This document shows positions 1-8,977 of a stretch of 40,018 nt of DNA, in pieces. Every line of letters begins with the position of its first letter. Positions within the stretch are counted from its first letter, which is position 1. The stretch is from positions 1-40,018 of the IMG/VR virus record IMGVR_UViG_3300038406_000217, one strand, 5' to 3'. Origin of the DNA: a virus. Its lineage: Duplodnaviria > Caudoviricetes. The notes beneath the pieces are model-generated. The model made no database searches. It was not told the DNA's origin and was given only the letters and a program-made list of their open reading frames with translations. The position numbers and the translations under genes are program-made.

Positions 1-47
1 CCCCGGTGGTCCGAGCCGCCCGTGAACGGGCAGCCGCCGCCGGGGCC
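1..47. repeat. Terminal overlap, left copy (matches 39972-40018, 45/47 identical)
   Basis: CCCCGGTGGTCCGAGC[C/A]GCCCGTGAA[C/A]GGGCAGCCGCCGCCGGGGCC at both ends. Confidence 0.9.
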
Positions 48-284
48 GCCGCCGGGGCCGCCGCCGGGGCCGCCGCCGGGGCCGCCGCCGGGGCCGCCGC
101 CGGGGCCGCCGCCTGGGACGCCGCCTGGGACGCCGCCGGGGCCGCCGCCGGGGCCGCCGCCGGGGCCGCCGCCAGGGCCGCCGCCAGGGACGTGCTCGCG
201 CCGACCGTCGACCAGTTGCAGACCTCAGCCATCCAGCTGTTCACCACCATGATCCGACCCGACGAGGAGACCGATGTCCGATAG
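1..284 (+). CDS. 3' part of an Ala-rich repeat protein that begins at 39539 and crosses the circular junction
   Basis: Same frame as the 39539 ORF after joining; VVRAARERAAAAGA is shared by both ends; AAAG/AAWD/AAAR repeats, stop at 284. Confidence 0.8.
   Translation, partial: PVVRAARERAAAAGAAAGAAAGAAAGAAAGAAAGAAAWDAAWDAAGAAAGAAAGAAARAAARDVLAPTVDQLQTSAIQLFTTMIRPDEETDVR
33..188 (+). repeat. 13 tandem 12-bp units G(C/A)CGCCGCC(G/T/A)GG
   Basis: Read directly: AAAG x6, AAAW, DAAW, DAAG, AAAG x2, AAAR x2. Confidence 0.92.
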
Positions 285-630
285 CGACACACAGGTGCGG
301 CCGTTCGGCGCCGTGCTACAGGAGCTGGCCCGCGGCCAGGTGCACAACCAGCTGTCCGAGCACCTGGCCGGGCTGACCGCCGCGGTCCGGGAAACCGGCC
401 GCAAAGGCACCCTCACCCTCACCCTCACCGTCGACCTGGCCGGGAAAGGCGCCGAGGCGCTCACCGTCACCGCCCGGGTCGAGGCGAAACCGCCACGGCA
501 GGGCCTGCCACCGTCGATCTTCTTCGCCGACCAGGCCGGCAACCTCACCCGCCACGACCCGAACCAGCCCACCCTGCCCCTACGCGCCCTACAGGACGCG
601 GACAACACCCGGAAGGACGCAACCGCATGA
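274..630 (+). CDS. Conserved phage hypothetical protein (type usually upstream of DUF2303)
   Basis: RBS GAGGAG; ETGRKGTLTLTL...FFAD..GNLTRHDPNQ pattern; ATGA-coupled to the next gene. Confidence 0.75.
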   Translation: MSDSDTQVRPFGAVLQELARGQVHNQLSEHLAGLTAAVRETGRKGTLTLTLTVDLAGKGAEALTVTARVEAKPPRQGLPPSIFFADQAGNLTRHDPNQPTLPLRALQDADNTRKDATA

Positions 631-1451
631 CCACCGATCCTGGAACCGGTGATGTGCAGGCGGCGGTCGACGCCGGCCTGGCCGCCGCCGAACCAGCCCA
701 ACTCAACCTCGGCGGCTACTACGCGATCACCACCCAACGTGGCACCCAACTGGTCGACCTCACCGGCGACCAGCACCGCGACCACCCTAAGCGCACCATC
801 CGCCGCGTGGTCGTCGACGACGTCGCCAGCTTCGTCACCTACCTGGCCAAACACGGCACCACGGCCACCGAAATCTACGCCATGCGTACCGCGCTGGCCA
901 TCGAGGCGCAGATCGACGCCCCCGGCCAGGGCGAACCGGACTGGTGCGCACACCGGGTCACCCTGGCCCTGCAGCACACCCGGCAGTGGGTCGACTGGCG
1001 CGACCACGACCGGAAGCTGCTACCCCAGGCCGGCTTCGCCGAGTTCATTGAGGACCACCTGCCCGACATTGCCAGCCCGGCCGGGGCGGAGATGCTCGAG
1101 GTCGCCCAGACCCTGCACGCCAACACCAAGGTCGCCTTCTCCAGTGGGTACCGAATCCAGGACGGTCAGCGGCGCCTGACCTACGTCGAGGACACCACCG
1201 GCACCGCCGGTGCCCGCGGGGAGCTGACCATCCCCACCCACTTCGTCCTCGGCCTGGAGGTGTTCCGCGGCGACGGCACAGCCGAGGAGCTGACCGCCCG
1301 GCTGCGGTACCGCATCACCGACGGCCGGCTGTTCCTGGGCTACGTGCTCGACCGGCCCGAGCAGGCGGCCGACCGCGCCTGGCAGCCCTACATCACCAGC
1401 CTCGACAACGAGCTGCCCCAGCCGATCCTCGCCGGCCACACCACCGGCTGA
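627..1451 (+). CDS. DUF2303 (YfdQ-like) family protein
   Basis: SFVTYL..H, W..HR..L.L, Q..FAEFIED, IP..F.L...VF, ARLRYRI motifs. Confidence 0.8.
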   Translation: MTTDPGTGDVQAAVDAGLAAAEPAQLNLGGYYAITTQRGTQLVDLTGDQHRDHPKRTIRRVVVDDVASFVTYLAKHGTTATEIYAMRTALAIEAQIDAPGQGEPDWCAHRVTLALQHTRQWVDWRDHDRKLLPQAGFAEFIEDHLPDIASPAGAEMLEVAQTLHANTKVAFSSGYRIQDGQRRLTYVEDTTGTAGARGELTIPTHFVLGLEVFRGDGTAEELTARLRYRITDGRLFLGYVLDRPEQAADRAWQPYITSLDNELPQPILAGHTTG

Positions 1452-1471
1452 CCAAACCCGAACGCGGGTGA

Positions 1472-1497
1472 CCCGCGGCCGTTTTCCCGGCCGCGGG
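1472..1497 (+). terminator. GC-rich intergenic hairpin (terminator or processing site)
   Basis: CCCGCGGCCG-TTTTCC-CGGCCGCGGG perfect 10-bp stem; no U-tract. Confidence 0.4.
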
Positions 1498-1536
1498 CCA
1501 CCCGGCGAAACGCTTCGAAGGAAGGGACGACCCCCG

Positions 1537-2400
1537 GTGACCGGGCTCAACCTGCTGGACATGCCACCGGCTGATGGTGGGGTGTCGATCGCCGGCCCAC
1601 CGGCCGCATACCGCGGCCAGCCGCCGTCGACGGTCGACCAGATGCGTGGCGTACTCACCAGCCTGGACGCGGCCCGGCCACGCTCCCAGCAGACCGCCCT
1701 CGGCCCCAGCGAACTGGGAACCCCCTGCCAGCGGCAGATCGGCATGAAGCTGGCCGGGTTGCCGCGGCAGCTGCCGGACGCCCGGCCGCCGTGGGCGCCG
1801 ATGCAGGGCACCGCCATGCACGTGATGATGGCCCAGGCTCTCGAGCACCACAACCAGCAGCTGGGCCGGGTGCGGTGGCTGATCGAGCAGCGGGTGCAGG
1901 TCGATGCGGAGATCGCCGGCGCCGGCGACGCCTACGACGTCGAGCACAACATGGTGGTCGACTGGAAATACGTCGGCGTCACCGCCCGCCGCAAAGCCGG
2001 CCGCAGCACCGTACCCAACCACGAGCTGGTCTCACCCGACTACCGGGTCCAGGCCCACCTGTACGGCTACGGGCACGCCCGCGCCGGCCGGCCCGTGCGT
2101 TGGGTCCGGCTCGTGCTGCTGGCCCGCAGCCACGACTACGACGACACCGTCGAGTGGACCGAGGCGTACCAGCCGCGTATCGCCATCGCCGCGTTGGACC
2201 GGTACTACGCCACCCAGGACCTGATCCGCAACCTGAACCTGAACACCAGCCCCGCCCTGTGGGCGGCCGTACCCGCCCACGTGTCGCAGGAAACGTGCGA
2301 CTGGTGCCCGTTCCGCCGCCCGGGTGGCCCGGCCGACGGTTCGGGCTGCCCCGGCAACACCGCCCAGCGCGCCGCCTACCAGACCCGGGGGCTCCTGTGA
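1537..2400 (+). CDS. Cas4-like / RecB-family PD-(D/E)XK exonuclease
   Basis: GPSELG.PC.R, GTAMH, IEQRV, D..D, VVDWK, Q.HLY, CDWCPF...C (4 Cys); GTG at 1537 follows GAAGGGA. Confidence 0.8.
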   Translation: MTGLNLLDMPPADGGVSIAGPPAAYRGQPPSTVDQMRGVLTSLDAARPRSQQTALGPSELGTPCQRQIGMKLAGLPRQLPDARPPWAPMQGTAMHVMMAQALEHHNQQLGRVRWLIEQRVQVDAEIAGAGDAYDVEHNMVVDWKYVGVTARRKAGRSTVPNHELVSPDYRVQAHLYGYGHARAGRPVRWVRLVLLARSHDYDDTVEWTEAYQPRIAIAALDRYYATQDLIRNLNLNTSPALWAAVPAHVSQETCDWCPFRRPGGPADGSGCPGNTAQRAAYQTRGLL

Positions 2401-2495
2401 GCACCTACCGGCCGGCCGGCGGCGGCCCGCCGCAGATCACCCCCGGCGACCTTCCGTACAAGACCAGACGGAAACTCCAGAAAGGACGGCCACTC

Positions 2496-2831
2496 ATGCC
2501 CAAACCCACACCGCCACGCGAAATCCAGCTCACCGACATCGAGCACCGGTTCCAGCTGGCCGCGTTCGGCCCAAACCCGGCCATCTCGACGTCCGACCGG
2601 GGCGGCTACTCGATCCGCATCCGCACCGCCCTCAGCATCGGCCCGGACGGCTACCGCACCGAAAAGTACGACTACTTCTACACCGACCACACCGGTCTGA
2701 TCACCCAGGCGCCGCGTGGCCATGCGAAGACCTACCGGCCCGGGCGGATCCCACCCGGGCAGCTTCAGGCCGCGATCGCCAAGTACGCCGCGATCGCCAA
2801 GTGCAACACCAACCAGAGAGGACAGTCATGA
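2496..2831 (+). CDS. Hypothetical protein (alternative start GTG 2397)
   Basis: RBS GAAAGGA before ATG 2496; normal composition; ATGA overlap with the next gene. Confidence 0.6.
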   Translation: MPKPTPPREIQLTDIEHRFQLAAFGPNPAISTSDRGGYSIRIRTALSIGPDGYRTEKYDYFYTDHTGLITQAPRGHAKTYRPGRIPPGQLQAAIAKYAAIAKCNTNQRGQS

Positions 2832-3553
2832 CACAGCCACAGGACGCCGCCAACGAACTGCTGATGGGCGGCGGCGCCACGAGTTGCAAGTTCGAAACCC
2901 TGGGTGACACGTGGGTTGGCACCATCGTCGAGCCGCCGAAGGCCCGGCAGATGACCAAATACAAGAGTGAGGAGCTCGACTTCTGGCCGTCGGGGGACGC
3001 GAAGATGCAGATCGTGGTGCCGATCCAGACCGAGCAGCGTGACCCGGCCAACCCGGCCGACGACGGCCGGCGGATCCTGTTCATCCCACCCCGGATGATG
3101 ACCCCCGTGCGGGAAGCCGTCCAGCGCGCCGGAGCCAACGGCCTGCACATCGGCGGCCGGATCGCCGTGCGGTGGGTCTCCGGCGCCGGGCAGGTTGAGG
3201 GCGACCCGAAGGTGTACGCCGCCGACTACGCCCCGCCGGCGATCGACCCCGGCAACCTGCTCGCCGGCGGCAACGGCGCCCAGCCCGCCGCCCGCGTGGT
3301 AGCCCCGAGCGCGCAGGCCACCCCGGTCGCCGCGGCCCCGGCAGCAGCCCCACCGGCGGCCCCGGCGGCCCCGGCGGCGGCTCCGGTTGCGGCCGCGCCG
3401 GCGGGTGGGGGGCTGCTCAACCAGCCGCCGCTCTCCCAGGCCGGCCCGCCACCGGGTGTCGACCCGGGCGTGTGGGCCGCGCTGCCCGACCAGCAGCGGC
3501 AGGCGATCCTCGCCGCCATGGCCCACCCCGCCACCACCGCCGTCCCGTTCTAA
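2828..3553 (+). CDS. Single-stranded DNA-binding protein (actinophage type)
   Basis: LMGGG...KF...GD...GTI N-terminal domain, Ala/Pro linker, C-terminal PF; sits between exonuclease and primase. Confidence 0.65.
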   Translation: MTQPQDAANELLMGGGATSCKFETLGDTWVGTIVEPPKARQMTKYKSEELDFWPSGDAKMQIVVPIQTEQRDPANPADDGRRILFIPPRMMTPVREAVQRAGANGLHIGGRIAVRWVSGAGQVEGDPKVYAADYAPPAIDPGNLLAGGNGAQPAARVVAPSAQATPVAAAPAAAPPAAPAAPAAAPVAAAPAGGGLLNQPPLSQAGPPPGVDPGVWAALPDQQRQAILAAMAHPATTAVPF

Positions 3554-3563
3554 CCCGCCCCCG

Positions 3564-3605
3564 CCGGCGCCGGCCCCGACCCCACTTCCCCGGGGCCGGG
3601 GCCGG
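3564..3605 (+). terminator. GC-rich hairpin after SSB
   Basis: CCGGCGCCGGCCCCG / CGGGGCCGGGGCCGG, 15-bp stem with 1 mismatch. Confidence 0.45.
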
Positions 3606-3631
3606 GGCACCACCACCGGAAGGCCCCCGAG

Positions 3632-6600
3632 TTGCCGAACCAGCACAGCATCCCCGCCACGGCCGTTTTCGACCCGGACGCGGTGAGACGGTGGCTGCAC
3701 CTGCTCCACGGCAACACGGCCGGCCTCACCCACATCTGCTCGGTCGGCGACTGGACCGGCCAGGTGTTCGCCGACCTGGAAGCCGCCGCCCGGCACGTCA
3801 CCTACCTGAACGGGCAGGGCAGGGAAGGGATCTACACCCGCGTCACCACCCTCCGCGCCGCCCTGGCACCCGGCCGCCGCGGCGGCGCGGTCGACACCGC
3901 GGCGCTGCCCGCGCTGTGGGCAGATGTTGACCTCGCCGGCCCCGGCCACCAACACGACCCCACCGGGCACGGTGGGAAAGATCTACCACCGGATGAGGCC
4001 GCCGGCCGCCGGCTCGTCGCCACCTCCGGGCTGCCCGAACCCACCGTGTGGATCCACTCCGGCGGCGGCCTGTACGCGCTGTGGTTCCTACACCGGTCCG
4101 CCGAGCTGGCTGAGCAACCCGAGCTCCTCGATCAGGTGAAGGGCCTCTCCACCGGGTGGCAGGTTGCGCTTGAAGCGGCCGCCGCCGGTCACGGTTGGCA
4201 CTACGGCCGCGGCGTTGGTGACCTCGCCCGCGTCCTACGCATCCCCGGCACCGTCAACCGCAAGGCCGGCCTGGCCCGCCCCTGCCGGCTCCTGAGCACG
4301 CACGGCCCCCGGTACACCCTCGACCAACTACAGGCCGCCCACGACCTGACCCGGCCGGCCCCCGCACCCGTTCCGGCGCCCCCAGCCAGGGTACTGCTGC
4401 CACCTACCGCACCGGCCGGGCCGGCCAGGCGCAACGACGACGACCCCGGTGAGGACCTCAACCGCCGCGCCACCTGGCAGCAGATCCTCGAACCGGCCGG
4501 CTGGCGAACCCACTACCAGGCCGGGCAGGTCACCCACTGGACCCGCCCCGGTAAACCGTCAGGCACCTCAGCCACCACCAACGCCCTGGGCACCGACCGG
4601 CTACACATCTTCACCACCAGCGCCCCCCCGCTGGCCGCCGGCGAGTCCTACCACAAGTTCGCCACCTGGACCCTGCTCTACCACGCCGGCGACTACCGCG
4701 CCGCAGCCGCCGAGCTCGCCCGGCAAGGCTACGGCGCTCCGCTGACCCGCAACCACGACGACCTGGTCGCCCTCCTCGGCCACGACCCCGACGCCACCCT
4801 CACCACACCACCAACCCCCACCAACCCCGCCCCAACCCGCCCCCGGCTCGACGTCACCAACACCGCCCTGGCCGCCGACTGGCTCCGCAACCAGCTCGGC
4901 CGAGGCCCCCTCGCCGGCATGCTCGACCGCGGCGGGCACATCGTCCACACACCAGCCGAAGGCGAAGACGGCTACCAACCAACCAGCACCGACCAGCGCG
5001 ACCACGACGGACCAGCCCAGATCCGCACCGTCACCGCCTCCACCCTCGCCTCCCGCATCACCTGGACCTGGACCTGCCACCGCACCCTCGCCGACGGCAC
5101 CACCCGCCCCGCCATGTTCCCCACCAGCGCCGCCCGCGTCCCCGTCGACGTACCCGACATGCTCCCCCACCTCCGCCACCTCGCCGGCGTCACCCACACC
5201 CCCCTCGTACGCCCCGACGGCACCCTCCTCACCACCCCCGGCTACGACCCCACCACCCGACTACTCCACCTCCCCGCCCCCCACCTCGACATACCCGCCG
5301 TACCCGACCACCCCACCCACAGCGACCTCACCGACGCCCTCACCCTCCTGGGCGAGATGACCGCCGGCTTCCCCTTCGTCAGCGAGCATGACCGGGCCAA
5401 CTACCACGGCCTGCTCCTCACCCCCCTGCTCCGCCTCCTGTGCCCACCCCCATACAAACTGTTCGCCATCGGCGCCCCCATGCCCGGCTCCGGTAAAACC
5501 CTCCTGGCCACCTGCGCCCGCATAATCCACGGCGGAATCTTCCGCGCCGAAATGCCCGAAGACCAGGCCGAACTTCGCAAAGCCATCTCCACCATTTTGG
5601 ATATCACCACCGGCCCCGTCATCCACTTCGACAACGTCACCGGCTACGTCACCAGCAGCGTCCTCGCCGGCTTACTAACCTCCGGCCGCTGGGAAGACCG
5701 CCGGTTGGGCACCATGGAACAGATCACATGCCCCAACGACCGCGTCTGGACCTTCACCGGCAACAACCTCACCTTCGGCGGAGACCTCCCACGCCGAACC
5801 GTCTGGTGCACCATCGACGCCAAAATGCCCAACCCCGAAAACCGCACCCAATTCGCCATCAACGACCTCGAACAATGGGTAACCAAACACCGCGGAAACC
5901 TACTCGCCGCACTACTGACCCTCATCCGCGCATGGGTAGCGGGCGGGCGACCCAAACCAACACCCACACGCTCAGACGGATTCGCCGCATGGGCCGGCAC
6001 CATCGCCGGAATCCTCACCCACGCCGGCCTACCCGGCGTTTTCGACCATCCCGAATCCGCCCGCGCCGGGGGCATAGACGACGACGGCTGGGGCGCCTTC
6101 CTCACCAACGTCTACCGCGTATTCGGCCACCAGGAATGGATCGCCGCCCAAGTCCTTGACCGGGTCGACCGGCTCGACAGCGCATCCATCCCCCTCGACG
6201 CGCTACCCGGCACACTCGCCGAGCAGCTCGGGAAAGGCACCCCCGCCGGCGCCTCCCGATCCCTCAGCAGATGGCTCCGTAACCGCGTCGGCCGGTGGGC
6301 CGACGGGCTGGCAGTCCAGAGCCGAGGCCAGAACCGCCTGCATCAACACATCTGGCAAATCATCCCCTACCAGGTCCCTACCGACAAAGTGGGTGCGCTC
6401 ACTGCGCCCACTGCGATCGATCCTGAGCTTAGACGCGCGCGACCCTTGGACAAACCGGACACGCTCCCGTTGGACCACGGAAGCGTGTCCGGTTTGTCCA
6501 AGGCGATGCCTGACCGGCCAGAAAACCCCTCGCAGTGGGCGCAGTCATCGCACCCCCCAACCTGCCGAGCCTGCAACAAGCCACTCGACCCGGTCTTCGC

Positions 6601-6658
6601 CGAACGCTGGCAACGCGACCAACTCCACCCATCCTGCGCACCCGAGGACCCCACATGA
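3632..6658 (+). CDS. DNA primase-helicase (RepB/AEP-like primase N-terminus, P-loop NTPase C-terminus)
   Basis: LWADVD, HSGGGLYALW and RVLRIPGTVNRK primase motifs; Walker A GAPMPGSGKT, Walker B IHFDN; TTG start after GGAAGG. Confidence 0.8.
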   Translation: MPNQHSIPATAVFDPDAVRRWLHLLHGNTAGLTHICSVGDWTGQVFADLEAAARHVTYLNGQGREGIYTRVTTLRAALAPGRRGGAVDTAALPALWADVDLAGPGHQHDPTGHGGKDLPPDEAAGRRLVATSGLPEPTVWIHSGGGLYALWFLHRSAELAEQPELLDQVKGLSTGWQVALEAAAAGHGWHYGRGVGDLARVLRIPGTVNRKAGLARPCRLLSTHGPRYTLDQLQAAHDLTRPAPAPVPAPPARVLLPPTAPAGPARRNDDDPGEDLNRRATWQQILEPAGWRTHYQAGQVTHWTRPGKPSGTSATTNALGTDRLHIFTTSAPPLAAGESYHKFATWTLLYHAGDYRAAAAELARQGYGAPLTRNHDDLVALLGHDPDATLTTPPTPTNPAPTRPRLDVTNTALAADWLRNQLGRGPLAGMLDRGGHIVHTPAEGEDGYQPTSTDQRDHDGPAQIRTVTASTLASRITWTWTCHRTLADGTTRPAMFPTSAARVPVDVPDMLPHLRHLAGVTHTPLVRPDGTLLTTPGYDPTTRLLHLPAPHLDIPAVPDHPTHSDLTDALTLLGEMTAGFPFVSEHDRANYHGLLLTPLLRLLCPPPYKLFAIGAPMPGSGKTLLATCARIIHGGIFRAEMPEDQAELRKAISTILDITTGPVIHFDNVTGYVTSSVLAGLLTSGRWEDRRLGTMEQITCPNDRVWTFTGNNLTFGGDLPRRTVWCTIDAKMPNPENRTQFAINDLEQWVTKHRGNLLAALLTLIRAWVAGGRPKPTPTRSDGFAAWAGTIAGILTHAGLPGVFDHPESARAGGIDDDGWGAFLTNVYRVFGHQEWIAAQVLDRVDRLDSASIPLDALPGTLAEQLGKGTPAGASRSLSRWLRNRVGRWADGLAVQSRGQNRLHQHIWQIIPYQVPTDKVGALTAPTAIDPELRRARPLDKPDTLPLDHGSVSGLSKAMPDRPENPSQWAQSSHPPTCRACNKPLDPVFAERWQRDQLHPSCAPEDPT
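6391..6555. repeat. Nested inverted-repeat element (candidate replication origin)
   Basis: 27-bp arms 6444-6470/6477-6503 (1 mismatch) flanked by perfect 16-bp inverted repeats 6401-6416/6530-6545. Confidence 0.85.
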
Positions 6659-7062
6659 GCCAGCACCTGATCACCACCCGCGCCCGCAACACCACCTGCC
6701 CCGGCTGCGCAGCCCCAATCCTCACCGCAATCGACGCCGGCCTCCCCGCCCACGTCAACCCCACACCAATCCCCCCACAGCAAGAAGCCACCATTCTGCT
6801 CACCGGCGCCTGGACCTACACCCACACCACCGCCGGCTACCTAATCCACCGCCACCCCGACCACATCCGCACCGGCCAACCCACCGGCCCAATCCACCAA
6901 CAACACAAATGCCCAACCCCACCACTCATCCCCACCACCACCCACACCACCGAAACCAGCCAACTCCGCGCCCAGCTCGCCGAAGCCCGCACCGCCGGAA
7001 AAGCCACCCGACACGCCGCCCGACTCCGCGCCGCAAACGCCAGAAAGGCCCACCATGCCTAA
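6655..7062 (+). CDS. Hypothetical protein, putative Zn-binding (CxxC...HxC)
   Basis: ATGA overlap with primase stop; RBS GAGG; CPGC and HKC motifs. Confidence 0.65.
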   Translation: MSQHLITTRARNTTCPGCAAPILTAIDAGLPAHVNPTPIPPQQEATILLTGAWTYTHTTAGYLIHRHPDHIRTGQPTGPIHQQHKCPTPPLIPTTTHTTETSQLRAQLAEARTAGKATRHAARLRAANARKAHHA

Positions 7063-7099
7063 CCCCGCAAACGGTCACTGGACAGAAAGGCAGACAACG

Positions 7100-7597
7100 A
7101 TGAGTAACGCAACCGATCCTCAAACCGGCGAAGTCCGACTAGTGGGAATCACCCAGTTAACAGCCGACGCCATCAACGCAGAGGCGCTGAAGGCGATCAG
7201 CAAGCACGGCTTCTGGAATACACCGGCGGCACCGTCGATGACGAACGCCGATCGGCTGGTGATCCTCGTCGAAGAGCTAGGCGAATGCGGCCGAGCCATG
7301 ACATACGACGAAGGCGACCCAACCAAACTAGAGCGCGAGCTGATCCAGGTCGCCGCTATGGCGGCAATGTGGATCGACGGCCTGAACCCTCACAGCCGGC
7401 GGGCGGAAGAGCTGGCCGCCAGCCGCGAAACTGCAACGCCGACCCCACCGCCCACGGTTGCCTCGGTTGCCCGTGATGCGTATGTTGACCGACCTGCCCA
7501 AGCGGCTGCGGGGCCGCCGGCCCCAGGTGCAGGTCCGGAGGTGGGCGCGGCCAGCTCCGAGCCGCTGAGGGCCGCTGAGGCCGATGGCCATGCCTGA
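7100..7597 (+). CDS. MazG-like NTP pyrophosphohydrolase
   Basis: ILVEELGE...ELIQVAAMA all-alpha motif; RBS AGAAAGG before ATG 7100. Confidence 0.7.
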   Translation: MSNATDPQTGEVRLVGITQLTADAINAEALKAISKHGFWNTPAAPSMTNADRLVILVEELGECGRAMTYDEGDPTKLERELIQVAAMAAMWIDGLNPHSRRAEELAASRETATPTPPPTVASVARDAYVDRPAQAAAGPPAPGAGPEVGAASSEPLRAAEADGHA

Positions 7598-8081
7598 GCA
7601 GACAATCGGGGTGCGCACCCTCAACGCCATGCTCCGCATCCCCCTTGACCAGCGCCTGCAAAAGCCCCTCCTGGTCACCCCGCTCGACGGCGACGGCTGG
7701 CAGATCCTGGATGGCCACCGCCGCCACGCAGCCGCCCGCCAACTCGGCCTGCCCCACCTGGACGCCATACTCCGCCGCGACCACGGCCCGGCCCACCGGC
7801 TACAGCAGCAGCTCGCCATCCACACCCAGGCCGCCGCCTTCGACCCGATCGCCGAGGCGCAAGCGCTACACGTGCTGATGTGGCAGCACAACCTCGACCG
7901 TGGCGACATCGCCCGCGCAGTCGGGAAGTCCCCCGGCTGGGTCCGGGACCGGGTGCTGCTGCTCCAGCTGGAGCCAGCCGAACGGGACCTGGTCCGCGCC
8001 GGGCGGATGCCGCCCGGCGCCGCGCTTTCGACCATCCGCGCCACATGCCGCTGCGGCGAACGAACCCAGGACACACCATGA
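7590..8081 (+). CDS. ParB/Srx-like N-terminal domain protein with HTH
   Basis: PLLV......WQILDGHRR..AA..LG, then IARAVGKSPGWVRDR. Confidence 0.75.
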   Translation: MPEQTIGVRTLNAMLRIPLDQRLQKPLLVTPLDGDGWQILDGHRRHAAARQLGLPHLDAILRRDHGPAHRLQQQLAIHTQAAAFDPIAEAQALHVLMWQHNLDRGDIARAVGKSPGWVRDRVLLLQLEPAERDLVRAGRMPPGAALSTIRATCRCGERTQDTP

Positions 8082-8977
8082 CCCGCCAGCATCCGGTCCA
8101 CGACACCATCGCCGCCCTCACCCGCGTACACCACCAACACATCCACATCACCCCCACCACCAGCTACCGCGTCCACGCCCCCTGCCTACTGCAACAGCTC
8201 GCCGACGAACTCGGCGTCTCCGACCGCGGCACCGGCGGCCACACCACCCCCACCGCCGGCCGGGCACTGGTCGCCACCGACGCCTTCGACCTGTGGCAGC
8301 AGATCCACACCCTCACCCACAGCTGGGCCACGGAACTGCAACTCGACCAACGCCCATACCACCGGCGGATACACGGCGGCCGAGGCGCCGACCGGCCCAC
8401 CCGACAACGCCAGCCGCCCCCCTGGTACGCCACCCTCACCCTCGCCGACGACACCCCCGCCGAGGTGCTCACCCGCATCGGCACCCGCCTCGGCCAGATC
8501 ACTACCGTCCCCCCACCACCGCCGGTCGCTCGCCAGCCGCAGCCGGATCCGACCCGGCACCGGCTGCCCCCGGTTGGCCGGCTGCTGCGGCTGGTGGCCG
8601 GCACCGCCACCGGCCGCGGCCTCGACCAGCTCGCCGACACCATCTGGCGCCACACCACCCGCTGGCACACCCAGATCCAGCAGATGCTCACCGGCCGGGC
8701 CGAGCAGCGGGGCATCCGCGGCGCCAGCTGCCCGCAGCCCGGCTGCGCAGCCTGGTGCGGCCGGCACCGCCACCCGCCCAACCTCTGCCCAGACGACACC
8801 TGCTGCGCTGCGGCCGGCTGCCAGCCGGCCGCAGTGCTCGACATCCGCCACGACGGCGGCTACCTGGTCCCCGCTGTCGTCCTCGTCCGCCGTGAGGTGG
8901 CTGGTGAACCGCTGTCCTGGTTGACCTGCCTGGCTTGCGGCTGGTCCCGCAATCTCGCAGCCTTGGAGGTGGCATGA
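8078..8977 (+). CDS. Hypothetical Cys-rich protein (position typical of a late-gene regulator)
   Basis: ATGA-coupled; CP..GC and C..CG.S motifs; just upstream of the packaging module. Confidence 0.6.
   Translation: MTRQHPVHDTIAALTRVHHQHIHITPTTSYRVHAPCLLQQLADELGVSDRGTGGHTTPTAGRALVATDAFDLWQQIHTLTHSWATELQLDQRPYHRRIHGGRGADRPTRQRQPPPWYATLTLADDTPAEVLTRIGTRLGQITTVPPPPPVARQPQPDPTRHRLPPVGRLLRLVAGTATGRGLDQLADTIWRHTTRWHTQIQQMLTGRAEQRGIRGASCPQPGCAAWCGRHRHPPNLCPDDTCCAAAGCQPAAVLDIRHDGGYLVPAVVLVRREVAGEPLSWLTCLACGWSRNLAALEVA

Noticed and set aside
33-188. 12-bp repeats as a CRISPR array or DGR variable region
   Set aside because: Contiguous coding repeats with no spacers; no reverse transcriptase or template repeat in the genome
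1537-2400. Cas4-like gene as part of a phage cas operon
   Set aside because: No cas1, cas2, cas3 or Cascade genes anywhere; its context is the SSB/primase module
6547-6556. ATCGCACCCC after repeat 3 matches the edge of the origin candidate (and 14799-14808)
   Set aside because: Only 10 nt, no plausible PAM, expected by chance in a 40 kb GC-rich genome
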